Under the pieces are notes generated by a model. It did not search any database and had not been told where the DNA came from. It worked only from the letters and a program-made list of their open reading frames with translations. Both the position numbers and the translations under genes were made by a program. From positions 1 to 64,000 of the IMG/VR virus record IMGVR_UViG_3300023202_000383: a DNA stretch of 64,000 nucleotides; one strand, 5' to 3'. This document shows, in pieces, positions 36,778-45,993 of the stretch; the first letter of the stretch is position 1; every line of letters starts with the position of its first letter.

Positions 36778-38613
36778 ATGATAAATGTACAACGAAGCAA
36801 AGAAGTGTTTGGATTAAAAAGCATCAATAGGATTCCTAAAAAACAGAAAGTTATATGTAATTGTGATGTTTGTGGGGTTGAATCACGTATTACTAAGCAG
36901 CACCATTATATATGCAGCAAACGTGCTGGTTTATATAGATGTAAAGATTGTGGTAGAAAAGCCATGGCATCTAAAGTATCAAAAGCCATGATATCAAAAT
37001 GGCAAAACGACAAATACAAATCCAAGCAGATTGGCAGGACTCATAGCGATGAATTAAAGGAATATGCTAGGCAGAGAGCTATCAAATTGTGGAAAGATAA
37101 AGAATATGTGGCAAAGTATAATGCTGGGTTTGACCCGGCCAAGGCTAGAAAGAATCTAAAGGCCACCAGATCGGTTGCCAATAAAGCTGCATCGCTTGCT
37201 ATGGCTGATAAATGGCAGGAAAAAGAATATCGCAGTAAAATGTCAGATCAATCAGCTAAGCTATGGAGTAACGATTGTTATAGAAACAAAGTAATAAGTA
37301 GCCTCAAAAAACATTATTCGTCATTAGAAGTTTTAGATAGATGTTCAAATAGAGCGAAAAAATTGTGGAAGAATAATGATTATAGGGATAGGTGGTTCAA
37401 ATCATTTATGCAATCATTTGGCAATGAAAGGTTACACGAAATTTCATTACAAAGTGCCAAGAATTGGGGAGACCGAGAATATAGAGATAAAATAGAATCA
37501 CAATGGGACGATCAAAAACGTGCAGAAATGTCCGAAATATGTAAAGAATGGTGGACTGATGATAGGAGAGCTGAAGTTTCTGAGATTATGATAAGTAGGT
37601 GGTCGGACCCTAATTTTAGAAAGAAAACAATAAAAGCATTTATTGATTCATGGACTGAAGAACGCAGGCAGGCTGCTAAAGATTCATGGACTGAAGAACG
37701 CAGGCAGGCTGCGTCTGATAGATCCAGGAATTTGTGGAAAGATCCGAAATATGTTAGCAAGATGGTTGATATGATCGGGAGGCCGTCGTCTTTAGAAATT
37801 CAATTCGCCAGCTTATTGGATGATTATGGCATCGAGTACACGCAACAGTTCCATTTAGGGCCATATTTATTTGATTTTAAGGTCAACGATGTCTTAATAG
37901 AAATTAATGGCGATTATTGGCATAGATTGCCGAAGACAATATCAAAAGACAAGGCTAAAGCTACTTATGTTGAAAAACATTATCAGCAATATCAGCTTAA
38001 GTATTTATGGGAGCATGAATTTTATCAATTAGAAAAGATTAATAAATTTATTGAATTCAGTTTTGTTGGTTCTGACGTAGAAGAGGTTGATTTTTCAGAA
38101 TTAAAATTTGTTACTGATATAGATTATGATTCAATAAAATCGTTAATTGAGAAATATCATTATAAAGGAAGTATTGGTCGGGGTGGGGTGTATTATGGTG
38201 TTATATATCGTGGTAATTTGATCGCTGGGTCTGTTGTTGGGTCACCAACTAGGAATGTTGTTGGTGGCGAGTTGTTACGATTTGTTATACACCCACAGTA
38301 TCAGGTCAAGAATCTTGCATCGTGGTTTTTGAGTAGAATCTCAAAGCATGCTTTGAGAGATTATGATTTATTGTTTACATTTGCTGATCCGAATTTTAAC
38401 AATTACGGCACAATATATGAGGCTAGCGGCTGGGAATTTGCTGGCGAAACAAAATCAGATTATTGGTATGTTAGCGAAGACGGTTGGGTTATGCATAAAA
38501 AGACTTTATGGAATAGAGCAAAGAATTTATGTATGTCAGAAAGGTATTTTGCTGAGGTTTTTGGATATAATCGGGTATATGGGTTGCCAAAGAGAAAGTA
38601 TATTAAACATTAA
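36778..38613 (+). CDS. free-standing endonuclease: helical W-repeats + DUF559/Vsr-like nuclease + Mom-like GNAT domain
   Basis: PSSLE...FDFKVNDVLIEINGDYWH; ELLRF...NLASWFLS...TFADPNFNNYGTIYEASGW. Confidence 0.8.
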   Translation: MINVQRSKEVFGLKSINRIPKKQKVICNCDVCGVESRITKQHHYICSKRAGLYRCKDCGRKAMASKVSKAMISKWQNDKYKSKQIGRTHSDELKEYARQRAIKLWKDKEYVAKYNAGFDPAKARKNLKATRSVANKAASLAMADKWQEKEYRSKMSDQSAKLWSNDCYRNKVISSLKKHYSSLEVLDRCSNRAKKLWKNNDYRDRWFKSFMQSFGNERLHEISLQSAKNWGDREYRDKIESQWDDQKRAEMSEICKEWWTDDRRAEVSEIMISRWSDPNFRKKTIKAFIDSWTEERRQAAKDSWTEERRQAASDRSRNLWKDPKYVSKMVDMIGRPSSLEIQFASLLDDYGIEYTQQFHLGPYLFDFKVNDVLIEINGDYWHRLPKTISKDKAKATYVEKHYQQYQLKYLWEHEFYQLEKINKFIEFSFVGSDVEEVDFSELKFVTDIDYDSIKSLIEKYHYKGSIGRGGVYYGVIYRGNLIAGSVVGSPTRNVVGGELLRFVIHPQYQVKNLASWFLSRISKHALRDYDLLFTFADPNFNNYGTIYEASGWEFAGETKSDYWYVSEDGWVMHKKTLWNRAKNLCMSERYFAEVFGYNRVYGLPKRKYIKH

Positions 38614-38628
38614 GATTAAGGCAGAATA

Positions 38629-39015
38629 ATGGATAAGAATCAGATTAAGTTAGGAATAACATCTATACAGCGATCCGTTGTTGTGTGCAATAGGTTGGGG
38701 CTGTTTGAAGCAGCGTCGGCTGCTGTTTACAGTATGATAGATGCTATAAACGCTTTGGTAGAAGGCAACGAAGAAACTGCTGCTGAAGATTGTTTCAAAT
38801 CATCGTTTCTGATATATAAGGTTTTGTACGAATCATTTTCTGAAAAGTTTGAGAAGAGATCCAGTCTAGCGGAAGACGCGGAGAAAATTCTGAAAGAATC
38901 CAATGATTGGAATGCATTTGCAAAAGCGTCCAGTAATTATATGGATGCAATAGCAGAGGTTGTACATGGAACGGAATTCGAGGCCGAATTCTTGAAATTT
39001 AAAGTTGGCTCCTGA
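38629..39015 (+). CDS. hypothetical helical protein between dnaE fragments
   Basis: TAATG-coupled start. Confidence 0.65.
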   Translation: MDKNQIKLGITSIQRSVVVCNRLGLFEAASAAVYSMIDAINALVEGNEETAAEDCFKSSFLIYKVLYESFSEKFEKRSSLAEDAEKILKESNDWNAFAKASSNYMDAIAEVVHGTEFEAEFLKFKVGS

Positions 39016-39496
39016 TAAAATAGACATATATTGCTTTGCTAGAGGCAAGGATAGTCCATACGCATATGGCATCCTTGTGGTCGCACATTATGGCGAAGAG
39101 TGTAAAGAGCACGAGAAATTTGGTTTCGTAGATGCGAAAACGCCTACTGAGGCCAATATCAAGATAATATTGATGGCGTTGAAGTCCGTTAAAGATGACT
39201 TTAAGGACCTCGATATCACTCTTCATGTAAGAAAATCTGCATTTTATTGTGTTGATAGAACATCTTGGGGAACCTATAGAACAAAGCCAACCAGACATCA
39301 TAAACTGATAGGTGCGGTGAGAAGTTTGTTTGACGAGCTTCCTAATGCAAGATCAAAGATGATATTCTCCAAATACCAAAAGTATGCTAAAAGATGTATA
39401 AAAAAGTCTAGGAGCATGTTTCATGCGAAACGACGCGAGTTGGGACGATATAAAGGTGATAGCGGTCAAGGAGCTCGTCCAGAAAAAGCTACCTAA
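39005..39496 (+). CDS. RNase HI-fold protein, catalytic acidic residues lost
   Basis: IDIYCFA (for IYTDG), YGILV, TPTEANIKIILMAL, ITLHVRKS (for TDS). Confidence 0.5.
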   Translation: MAPDKIDIYCFARGKDSPYAYGILVVAHYGEECKEHEKFGFVDAKTPTEANIKIILMALKSVKDDFKDLDITLHVRKSAFYCVDRTSWGTYRTKPTRHHKLIGAVRSLFDELPNARSKMIFSKYQKYAKRCIKKSRSMFHAKRRELGRYKGDSGQGARPEKAT

Positions 39497-41192
39497 CGAG
39501 TATAAGTCTAGATTTAAGACAGAAATAAAAGAGATCGAAAAGCAAGGTGCCAATGCCTATTGGCAGCAGCTATATAACGAAGATCACAAATACGACACGA
39601 ATAACAATGGTTTGGTCTTGCCCTGGATATTAGGCATGACCGATGTTGATCCTTTAAAATCAGACCATCAATATACAAGGTCGACGGACTGGCCTGACAT
39701 AGATGTTGACTGCTTACCGACAGCCAGAGATAGGATCAAAGAATATGCTGCAGAGAAATATGGCAAAGACAAAGTCTGTAGCGTAGGGTTGTGGCAGACA
39801 TATAAATTTAGGTCAGCATTACAAGACTCTGTTAGAGGTGTTGGTGGTAATGTCAAAGAAATCATGGACATCACTAAGCAGTTGCCGGATGATGTTGACG
39901 ATCTGAAAGATGGTGGTTTTGCAAAGTGCACTGAATGTAAAACGAAGCATAATGAGCATAAATGCCCAGAATGTGGATCAACAGAAATAGATGGGATCAC
40001 ATTTGGGAAGGTGATAGAAGATCATGAAGAATTAAAGAAATATTATGGAGAGCATCCTAAAGAAGTCAATCTAGCCGTTAGAATGATAGGAAAAATAAAA
40101 GCGCTGGGTAAACACGCTGGCGGCCTTATTATATCTGATAGAGTGCTATTCGGAAATGTCCCTATGGGCGTTTCAAATGGCCATTGGACAAGTTTGTGGA
40201 CTGAAGGCAGGAGTACTCAATTATCTAAATTCGGGTATATTAAGTGGGATATGCTTGGCCTTAAAACTTTGCAGTATATTCATGAGTGCTGCAAATTAAT
40301 CAATAAAACCAGAAATTACAAGTTTAATGTTATTCCATGGAAAGGAATGGACCCATGGGAAAACTGTCTTGGATACTATTGGGATAATAATGGCGTAAAA
40401 CACAAAGTGAGGATGGATGACGAAAAAACCTTTGAGATGATGAACGCCATAAGGACCGATACAGTATTCCAATTCGACACGGCACTGCAGAAGAAGATTT
40501 TAGAAAATGGCGTAAACAGCTTTTATGATTTACAGATATTTAATGCAATGGGCCACCCAGGTCCGTTGCCAATGATCGATGAGTATGTAGCTCGACGTGA
40601 CAATGAGGACTACGATTGGAAGAGCGAGGAGCATCCTGATGTTGCATCGTTGCTTAAAGACACAAAGGGTATCATAGTATATCAGGAGCAATTGCAGAAG
40701 ATCTGGCAACATTTGGCTAAATTCACGGCTCCCGAAGCTGAATCTGCGAGGAAGGCTGTTGCTAAGAAATGGACGGAAAAACTAAAGCCTGTTGAGGAGA
40801 AGTGGGTAAGGGGCGCATCTAAGATAATGGGCGAGCGGCGGGCTAAAGATTACTGGGGGAAGATGAAAACTTTCGGTAGGTATGCCTTCAATAAATGCCT
40901 GGACAAAGATACTATATTAGAAGATCCTACAAATGGCAATACTATAACTGTTGAAGAGCTTTTTGAATCTAAATCGAGCTTTAAATTAGAATCTTATTGT
41001 GATGATGGATTTGTGGTCGATGACGTTGATGAGATAATCGAATGCGGTGAACAAGATATTTATGAAATAGAATTAGATAATGGGGCGATTCAGAAAGTCA
41101 CTTTGAATCATAAGTTTAGGTGCGATGATGGAAAATACTGGACAGTCAAAGAAATCATCGAAGGCAATTATTCCATCGTGGTTCGACCATAA
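39423..41192 (+). CDS. dnaE: DNA polymerase III alpha, fragment 2 (catalytic palm/fingers) fused to N-half of split intein (40896-41189)
   Basis: WPDIDVDC, GKHAGG, IKWDMLGLKTL, IVYQEQ, YAFNK|CLDKDT...KVTLNHKF. Confidence 0.9.
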   Translation: MRNDASWDDIKVIAVKELVQKKLPNEYKSRFKTEIKEIEKQGANAYWQQLYNEDHKYDTNNNGLVLPWILGMTDVDPLKSDHQYTRSTDWPDIDVDCLPTARDRIKEYAAEKYGKDKVCSVGLWQTYKFRSALQDSVRGVGGNVKEIMDITKQLPDDVDDLKDGGFAKCTECKTKHNEHKCPECGSTEIDGITFGKVIEDHEELKKYYGEHPKEVNLAVRMIGKIKALGKHAGGLIISDRVLFGNVPMGVSNGHWTSLWTEGRSTQLSKFGYIKWDMLGLKTLQYIHECCKLINKTRNYKFNVIPWKGMDPWENCLGYYWDNNGVKHKVRMDDEKTFEMMNAIRTDTVFQFDTALQKKILENGVNSFYDLQIFNAMGHPGPLPMIDEYVARRDNEDYDWKSEEHPDVASLLKDTKGIIVYQEQLQKIWQHLAKFTAPEAESARKAVAKKWTEKLKPVEEKWVRGASKIMGERRAKDYWGKMKTFGRYAFNKCLDKDTILEDPTNGNTITVEELFESKSSFKLESYCDDGFVVDDVDEIIECGEQDIYEIELDNGAIQKVTLNHKFRCDDGKYWTVKEIIEGNYSIVVRP

Positions 41193-41920
41193 AATTATAA
41201 GCTACAATGATAATATAAAAAGTAATGATACAATAAAATCAATATGTTCAATATGCGGCGATAAAACAAGTAGAAAATTTATCGAACATAAAAGGCTGTG
41301 CAATAGGCAATCAAGATATGTTAGCTCATATCGGTGCCGGTCTTGCCTGACAAAGTCAGATGATTACAAAATCAAAATAAAAAAAGCTGAATTCGACACA
41401 GATGCTATGAGTAAGAGGTCAAAAAAGCATTGGGCTAATTTATCAAAGCACGATCGTAAGGCATTAACTAGCAAGATAACAGCCAAATTAAGAACTGATG
41501 CTGTAAGAGAAAAAATTAGCAAGTCTATAAAAGAAAAATTTGACGATCCAGATTATATTCGTAAAGTTTCGGAGGCGAGAAAGAAATATTGGGAAAATTA
41601 TGAATATAGGAAAAATAGGACGTTATCGATAGATGAATTTATAGAGAGATCTAAGTCAGTTCATGGCGATAAGTATGATTATTCGAAAGTTCAATTCGAT
41701 TCTGCCAGGAATTCTAAAGTTGATATTATATGTCCAGATCATGGTGTCTTCCGACAAAGACCGTTATGGCATTATTTGTATGGTAATGGGTGCCCAGATT
41801 GTTAGACAAGAATTCCAAAAGCACAAACTTAGCGGTAAATTAGACAATTTTGATAGTAATTTGACTGAACTACAGAATATGTTCAATAATGGATATAGGG
41901 TGGGATGCTGGACACAATAA
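41125..41920 (+). pseudogene. internally deleted Hef-like endonuclease remnant between the intein halves
   Basis: ORF 41125-41805 has W-repeats and one DUF723 repeat, then stops; 41805-41920 in another frame reads RQEFQKHKL...LTELQNMFNNGY, the family's C-terminal end; nuclease and GNAT domains are absent. Confidence 0.7.
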
Positions 41921-41922
41921 AT

Positions 41923-43071
41923 ATGAATGGAAACGTAGCTAAAATAAAGTCTATAAAATATGTCGGTAAAAGAAGATCATACAACATATGTATGGAATCT
42001 AGCCAACATAATTATTTAATAAAACCATCTAGCGGGCAACCTATTCATAAAAATTCCCATAGCATAGGCTATATAACGGAGGCATATTGGTGTGCATGGT
42101 TAAAGGCTCACTTTCCGCCAGAATGGTGGGCGTCTGTTATGAGTTATTGCCACCATGTGAGACTCAAGAGATACATGAATGTGGCAAGGTCTGAGGGCGT
42201 TAAATTTGGTCCTATAAATATAGAGGACCTGTCACCATATTATTCAGTCGACCCAGAGACGCATAAAGTCACTCCTGGTCTTATAAGCATAAAGGGGATC
42301 GGCCAGAAAGCTGCAGACAAACTGTCTGGTAAAGGAAAGTATGATAATATAGATGATTTCGTGGATAAATTTGGAAAAGACAAAAGGGTGATGGAAAGAT
42401 TGATACTTCTTGGTGCTTTTCAGAAATACCACCCAAATATAAAAGCCACTTGGATTTGGTACCAATATAAATATTGTAGTGGCGCTGCCTCTAGAGAAAT
42501 CAAGAAGCACATTAAGTCTGAACTGCTGGCTGACTGGACCGATGAGAGAATTGAACAAGAACGCAAAAGACAGGCGGATGAATATTTTAAATTGTATCCA
42601 AATAGGCGTAAGCTTCCGAATAAGATAGCCAACTGGAATCCTAAGCCTGATGATACAAGAGAAAATGTTATGGCATTGATAGAAGACGATTATGCTAATG
42701 CCGAAAAATTCAATTTTGAAAAGGAATATCTAGGGTACTATTGGAGGAATCCAATAGAATATTTTAAGACTGATTCAGATAATACAATTATAAATGCCAA
42801 GAAGAATGGTGGGGGGTTCATAGATGTAGTGATAGAGTCTTTCGAAATAGCGGAGACTCGCAAAGGAGGATTATTCGGCAGGTTGGCAGTAATGGATGGC
42901 AGCACAGCCTGTAACGTATACATGTGGGAAGGCGAGCTCGATGCCTCTGAGAGCTTCATCGATGACGGGATAGGTATTAGACTAAATGTTGATTATAACG
43001 ACGGAAGAAGGACATTCTCAGTCAAGAGAGGATCAGTTCCTGTGATACTTGAGATGTCTGAGGACCAGTAG
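41923..43071 (+). CDS. dnaE: C-half of split intein (41923-42054) fused to DNA polymerase III alpha fragment 3 (HhH + OB)
   Basis: KIKSIKYVGKRRSYNI...IHKN|SHSIGY..AYWCAWLKAHFP; GLISIKGIG; EKEYLG. Confidence 0.88.
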   Translation: MNGNVAKIKSIKYVGKRRSYNICMESSQHNYLIKPSSGQPIHKNSHSIGYITEAYWCAWLKAHFPPEWWASVMSYCHHVRLKRYMNVARSEGVKFGPINIEDLSPYYSVDPETHKVTPGLISIKGIGQKAADKLSGKGKYDNIDDFVDKFGKDKRVMERLILLGAFQKYHPNIKATWIWYQYKYCSGAASREIKKHIKSELLADWTDERIEQERKRQADEYFKLYPNRRKLPNKIANWNPKPDDTRENVMALIEDDYANAEKFNFEKEYLGYYWRNPIEYFKTDSDNTIINAKKNGGGFIDVVIESFEIAETRKGGLFGRLAVMDGSTACNVYMWEGELDASESFIDDGIGIRLNVDYNDGRRTFSVKRGSVPVILEMSEDQ

Positions 43072-43593
43072 ATGTTAATTGATACAGACAAACTATGCTG
43101 TGATTATTGCGGGGAGATATTAGATGGGGATTTCTATTATTATTCGTTTGATTTTAAGGAAATAAATGTCCAAAACATGGCTGTGTCTGTAAAGGATGGC
43201 ATATTTAGTGCTGATGTATGCAATGATTGTATGGAATCCTACAAACAACGAGTAAAGCAAGCATATAAGCCACCTGACAAAGACGCAATATATTGTGACA
43301 TATCGGGCGAAAAATTGTCTGGCAATATATTATACTATTTGTGTATCATAACGCGCGTTGATGTGCGTTTTAGCGGAAAACTATATTACTGTGAAGTATG
43401 TAAACAAAATAAGAAAGTAAGTAACATCCCCTGTGAAGAATGCCCAGAAAATCACCAATTAACAAGAAATGCAGATGTCAAAAAAGATGAAGAGCATTTT
43501 GAATTTAATTTTAGCAAACAAATGTATGATTTGTTTGTAAATCATGTCGACATCATTAAGAAAAGAGGAATAGAAGAATGGGCGAAGATATGA
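43072..43593 (+). CDS. Cys-rich zinc-binding hypothetical protein
   Basis: Several CxxC pairs arranged as an internal repeat. Confidence 0.7.
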   Translation: MLIDTDKLCCDYCGEILDGDFYYYSFDFKEINVQNMAVSVKDGIFSADVCNDCMESYKQRVKQAYKPPDKDAIYCDISGEKLSGNILYYLCIITRVDVRFSGKLYYCEVCKQNKKVSNIPCEECPENHQLTRNADVKKDEEHFEFNFSKQMYDLFVNHVDIIKKRGIEEWAKI

Positions 43594-44075
43594 ATCCATA
43601 TAATATGTCTGAAATTAAAATAGAAGACGAGATCGTTCTAGGCAGGCCGGTCGAATGGGACTCCGAACCAGACAATGCAGACGGATCAAAATCTGATGGT
43701 ACCTATATTGAGCCAATTAAGTATGAGACTACATGTCCATATTGTGGGAGCTTAATTAGCTATGAGTCGAAATTTTTATCCGTGCAGTGCCAAGAATGTG
43801 GTAAGGGCGAGTTTGAAGAAAGAGATCCTGTTGACCACGAATCGCCAGTCGATCTAGATATTGAATTAACGGACATTGAAGGCGAAGAAGATGAAATCGA
43901 CACAGAAATTGATGGACAAGAAGAGAGCGAAGAGAATGAGGAAGAGGGAGGGTCAGAAGAGAAAGAAAATGCTGAAGATGAGAATGATCAAGAGATCGAT
44001 AAAAAGGGCGACGAAAGAGAGAATAATGAGGAAGATGGAGAAGAAATAGATATCGATAAGCTTTTAGAAGATTGA
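43578..44075 (+). CDS. zinc-ribbon protein with acidic tail
   Basis: CPYC...CQEC; E/D-rich C-terminus. Confidence 0.65.
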   Translation: MGEDMNPYNMSEIKIEDEIVLGRPVEWDSEPDNADGSKSDGTYIEPIKYETTCPYCGSLISYESKFLSVQCQECGKGEFEERDPVDHESPVDLDIELTDIEGEEDEIDTEIDGQEESEENEEEGGSEEKENAEDENDQEIDKKGDERENNEEDGEEIDIDKLLED

Positions 44076-45001
44076 TGAATTATATTATTGGTGGTGGATT
44101 CGTTGGGCTGTTGGCTAGGGACATATTGGGTCCTGGGTATTCTATTATACCGATTGGCAAATCAAGATTTTATTCTCATAAGCCGCCAGTGGCCGATGAT
44201 TTTATAATTCGGGATGAAGCCATTGATGATTATATGAATCAGTTCGCATTCATGCCAGTATATCATAAAATAGGATACTCTATAGCCGGTCAGATAACTT
44301 ACAACCATGACCTGGCGTTGGACGCATGGTTGCATAAAAAATTCGGGGACGATATCCCATCTCATGCCGATCAATATATGAGATCCCATACTGAATTTTT
44401 TGTGTACGGTGATTGCTCTGAGATATACACTAGATTGAAGAACAGATATAAAGAAGAGATGATAAGTAATCATCAGAAATATGGTGTAGTTACTTCAATC
44501 TCCAATCATGTCATTAAGACTGAAACCGGTGCTAGCATCGAGTATGACAATGTTGTGTCTACAGTTCCATTGAATGTTATCACCGGTTGGCTTGGCAAAG
44601 AAACTAAGTTGCCAGTTTCTGATGTGTGGTGTTATCATTTAAAAACCGATAAGCTGGATTTTGAAGGCGCAAACGGCCTTTTAGTCTGTGACCCTGAGAT
44701 AGAAGGCATATATTATGCCAATAAGATTAGTAACGACAATTATATTTTATATTCTAATAAAAAGATAGAATACCCAGGCCAGCTGTTCCATAGCTTGGTT
44801 GGAGACTTTGTGCTGATAGGCGAAATAAATATCCCGGAAGCGATGCCGCGTGGCGATAAGCCGAAGCCAGCTTCATTTAGTGACGGCTATCTGATGGCAA
44901 TGCTAGAGGATAATGGTGTTACTCCCGTTGGGTCGTGTGCTGAATGGGATGACTGTTTGGATATTGGGTCCGTGATTAAAAAACTGATTCGAATGAAATA
45001 A
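44075..45001 (+). CDS. FAD/NAD-binding oxidoreductase-like protein
   Basis: IIGGGFVGL dinucleotide-binding motif; VVSTVPL; VGSCAEWD. Confidence 0.7.
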   Translation: MNYIIGGGFVGLLARDILGPGYSIIPIGKSRFYSHKPPVADDFIIRDEAIDDYMNQFAFMPVYHKIGYSIAGQITYNHDLALDAWLHKKFGDDIPSHADQYMRSHTEFFVYGDCSEIYTRLKNRYKEEMISNHQKYGVVTSISNHVIKTETGASIEYDNVVSTVPLNVITGWLGKETKLPVSDVWCYHLKTDKLDFEGANGLLVCDPEIEGIYYANKISNDNYILYSNKKIEYPGQLFHSLVGDFVLIGEINIPEAMPRGDKPKPASFSDGYLMAMLEDNGVTPVGSCAEWDDCLDIGSVIKKLIRMK

Positions 45002-45621
45002 TGTCAGAAAAACCAGACAAAATGGAAATGCTATGCAGCCTCAAAGAGGCATGTATGAATTGTGGCATGTGCGACTTAGGTTGGCAAACCGGCGATGATG
45101 TTGAACAATACAATCCGCATGTCTTTAGCAACTTTGATCCAGCTGTAAGACTCCCTGAGATAATGGTTGTTGGGCAGAATCCAGGATGGAATGAAGTGTG
45201 CCAAAAACAGCCTTTTGTTGGAGATGCCGGTAAAAATTTTGACAATGAGCTTTTTAAACATGATGTAGACAGAAAGCACTTATATATAACAAATGCTGTA
45301 AAATGTTTTAGTAAGGGAAACAAAAAACCATATGAAGAGCAAGTCAACGCTTGTGAGCCGTTCCTTCGTATGGAGATCAATATTATAAAGCCGCAATTTA
45401 TAGTTGCGCTTGGGGCGTTGGCGTTTAATTTATTGTGCCCTGGAGAAGATTATCGCAGCAACCTTGGTAAAATAACCAAGAGCAAAAAATTCAATCAGAA
45501 GGTGTTTGCAATATATCACCCTTCTCCGCTCAATTTATCTAATGCTGATAGGCGTAGTAAATACGAAAAAGACATTAGAAAGCTCTGCAAACTCATGCAA
45601 CATTTCTTGACACCATTTTAA
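45001..45621 (+). CDS. udg: uracil-DNA glycosylase family 4
   Basis: CMNCGMC, VVGQNPG, PFVGDAG, TNAVKC, YHPS. Confidence 0.9.
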   Translation: MSEKPDKMEMLCSLKEACMNCGMCDLGWQTGDDVEQYNPHVFSNFDPAVRLPEIMVVGQNPGWNEVCQKQPFVGDAGKNFDNELFKHDVDRKHLYITNAVKCFSKGNKKPYEEQVNACEPFLRMEINIIKPQFIVALGALAFNLLCPGEDYRSNLGKITKSKKFNQKVFAIYHPSPLNLSNADRRSKYEKDIRKLCKLMQHFLTPF

Positions 45622-45990
45622 TTATCTTATGGGGTCTAGGTAATAATATGTAATTTTATTCCTCTTGCGCTTCTTTAATGTATATAAATTTTGTTTTTTT
45701 AGGTAGTTCTTGATGCGAATAACTATCGAGGAAAGGTTTTCTGTGTCAGAAGCCAGCAAGAGTTCTTGCTTTGTTAGCCCAGGTGGTGATTCCAATAACG
45801 CGACAATTGCGTTTTGGGTTTCTCGTATCGCGAGCATTTTCTCTTTTGATTTAGCGTCTTTTACTTCTTTTGCTTCTTTAGCATTTTTTAATATTTCCGA
45901 TCTAATGTCCTGGACTTTATCGGATATATCTGCATCCAAATTTATAGTTGGATGTTCTTCTAGATTTACTGTTATTTCTTCTGAGGACAT
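45622..45990 (-). CDS. hypothetical protein, possible winged helix
   Basis: PGLTKQELLLAS...SIVIRIKNYL. Confidence 0.55.
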   Translation of the reverse strand: MSSEEITVNLEEHPTINLDADISDKVQDIRSEILKNAKEAKEVKDAKSKEKMLAIRETQNAIVALLESPPGLTKQELLLASDTENLSSIVIRIKNYLKKQNLYTLKKRKRNKITYYYLDPIR

Positions 45991-45993
45991 ATG

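Noticed and set aside
36747-39423. Self-splicing intron joining dnaE fragments 1 and 2
   Set aside because: The interval holds three ordinary ORFs with no intron core, and fragment 2 has its own N-terminal duplicate segment
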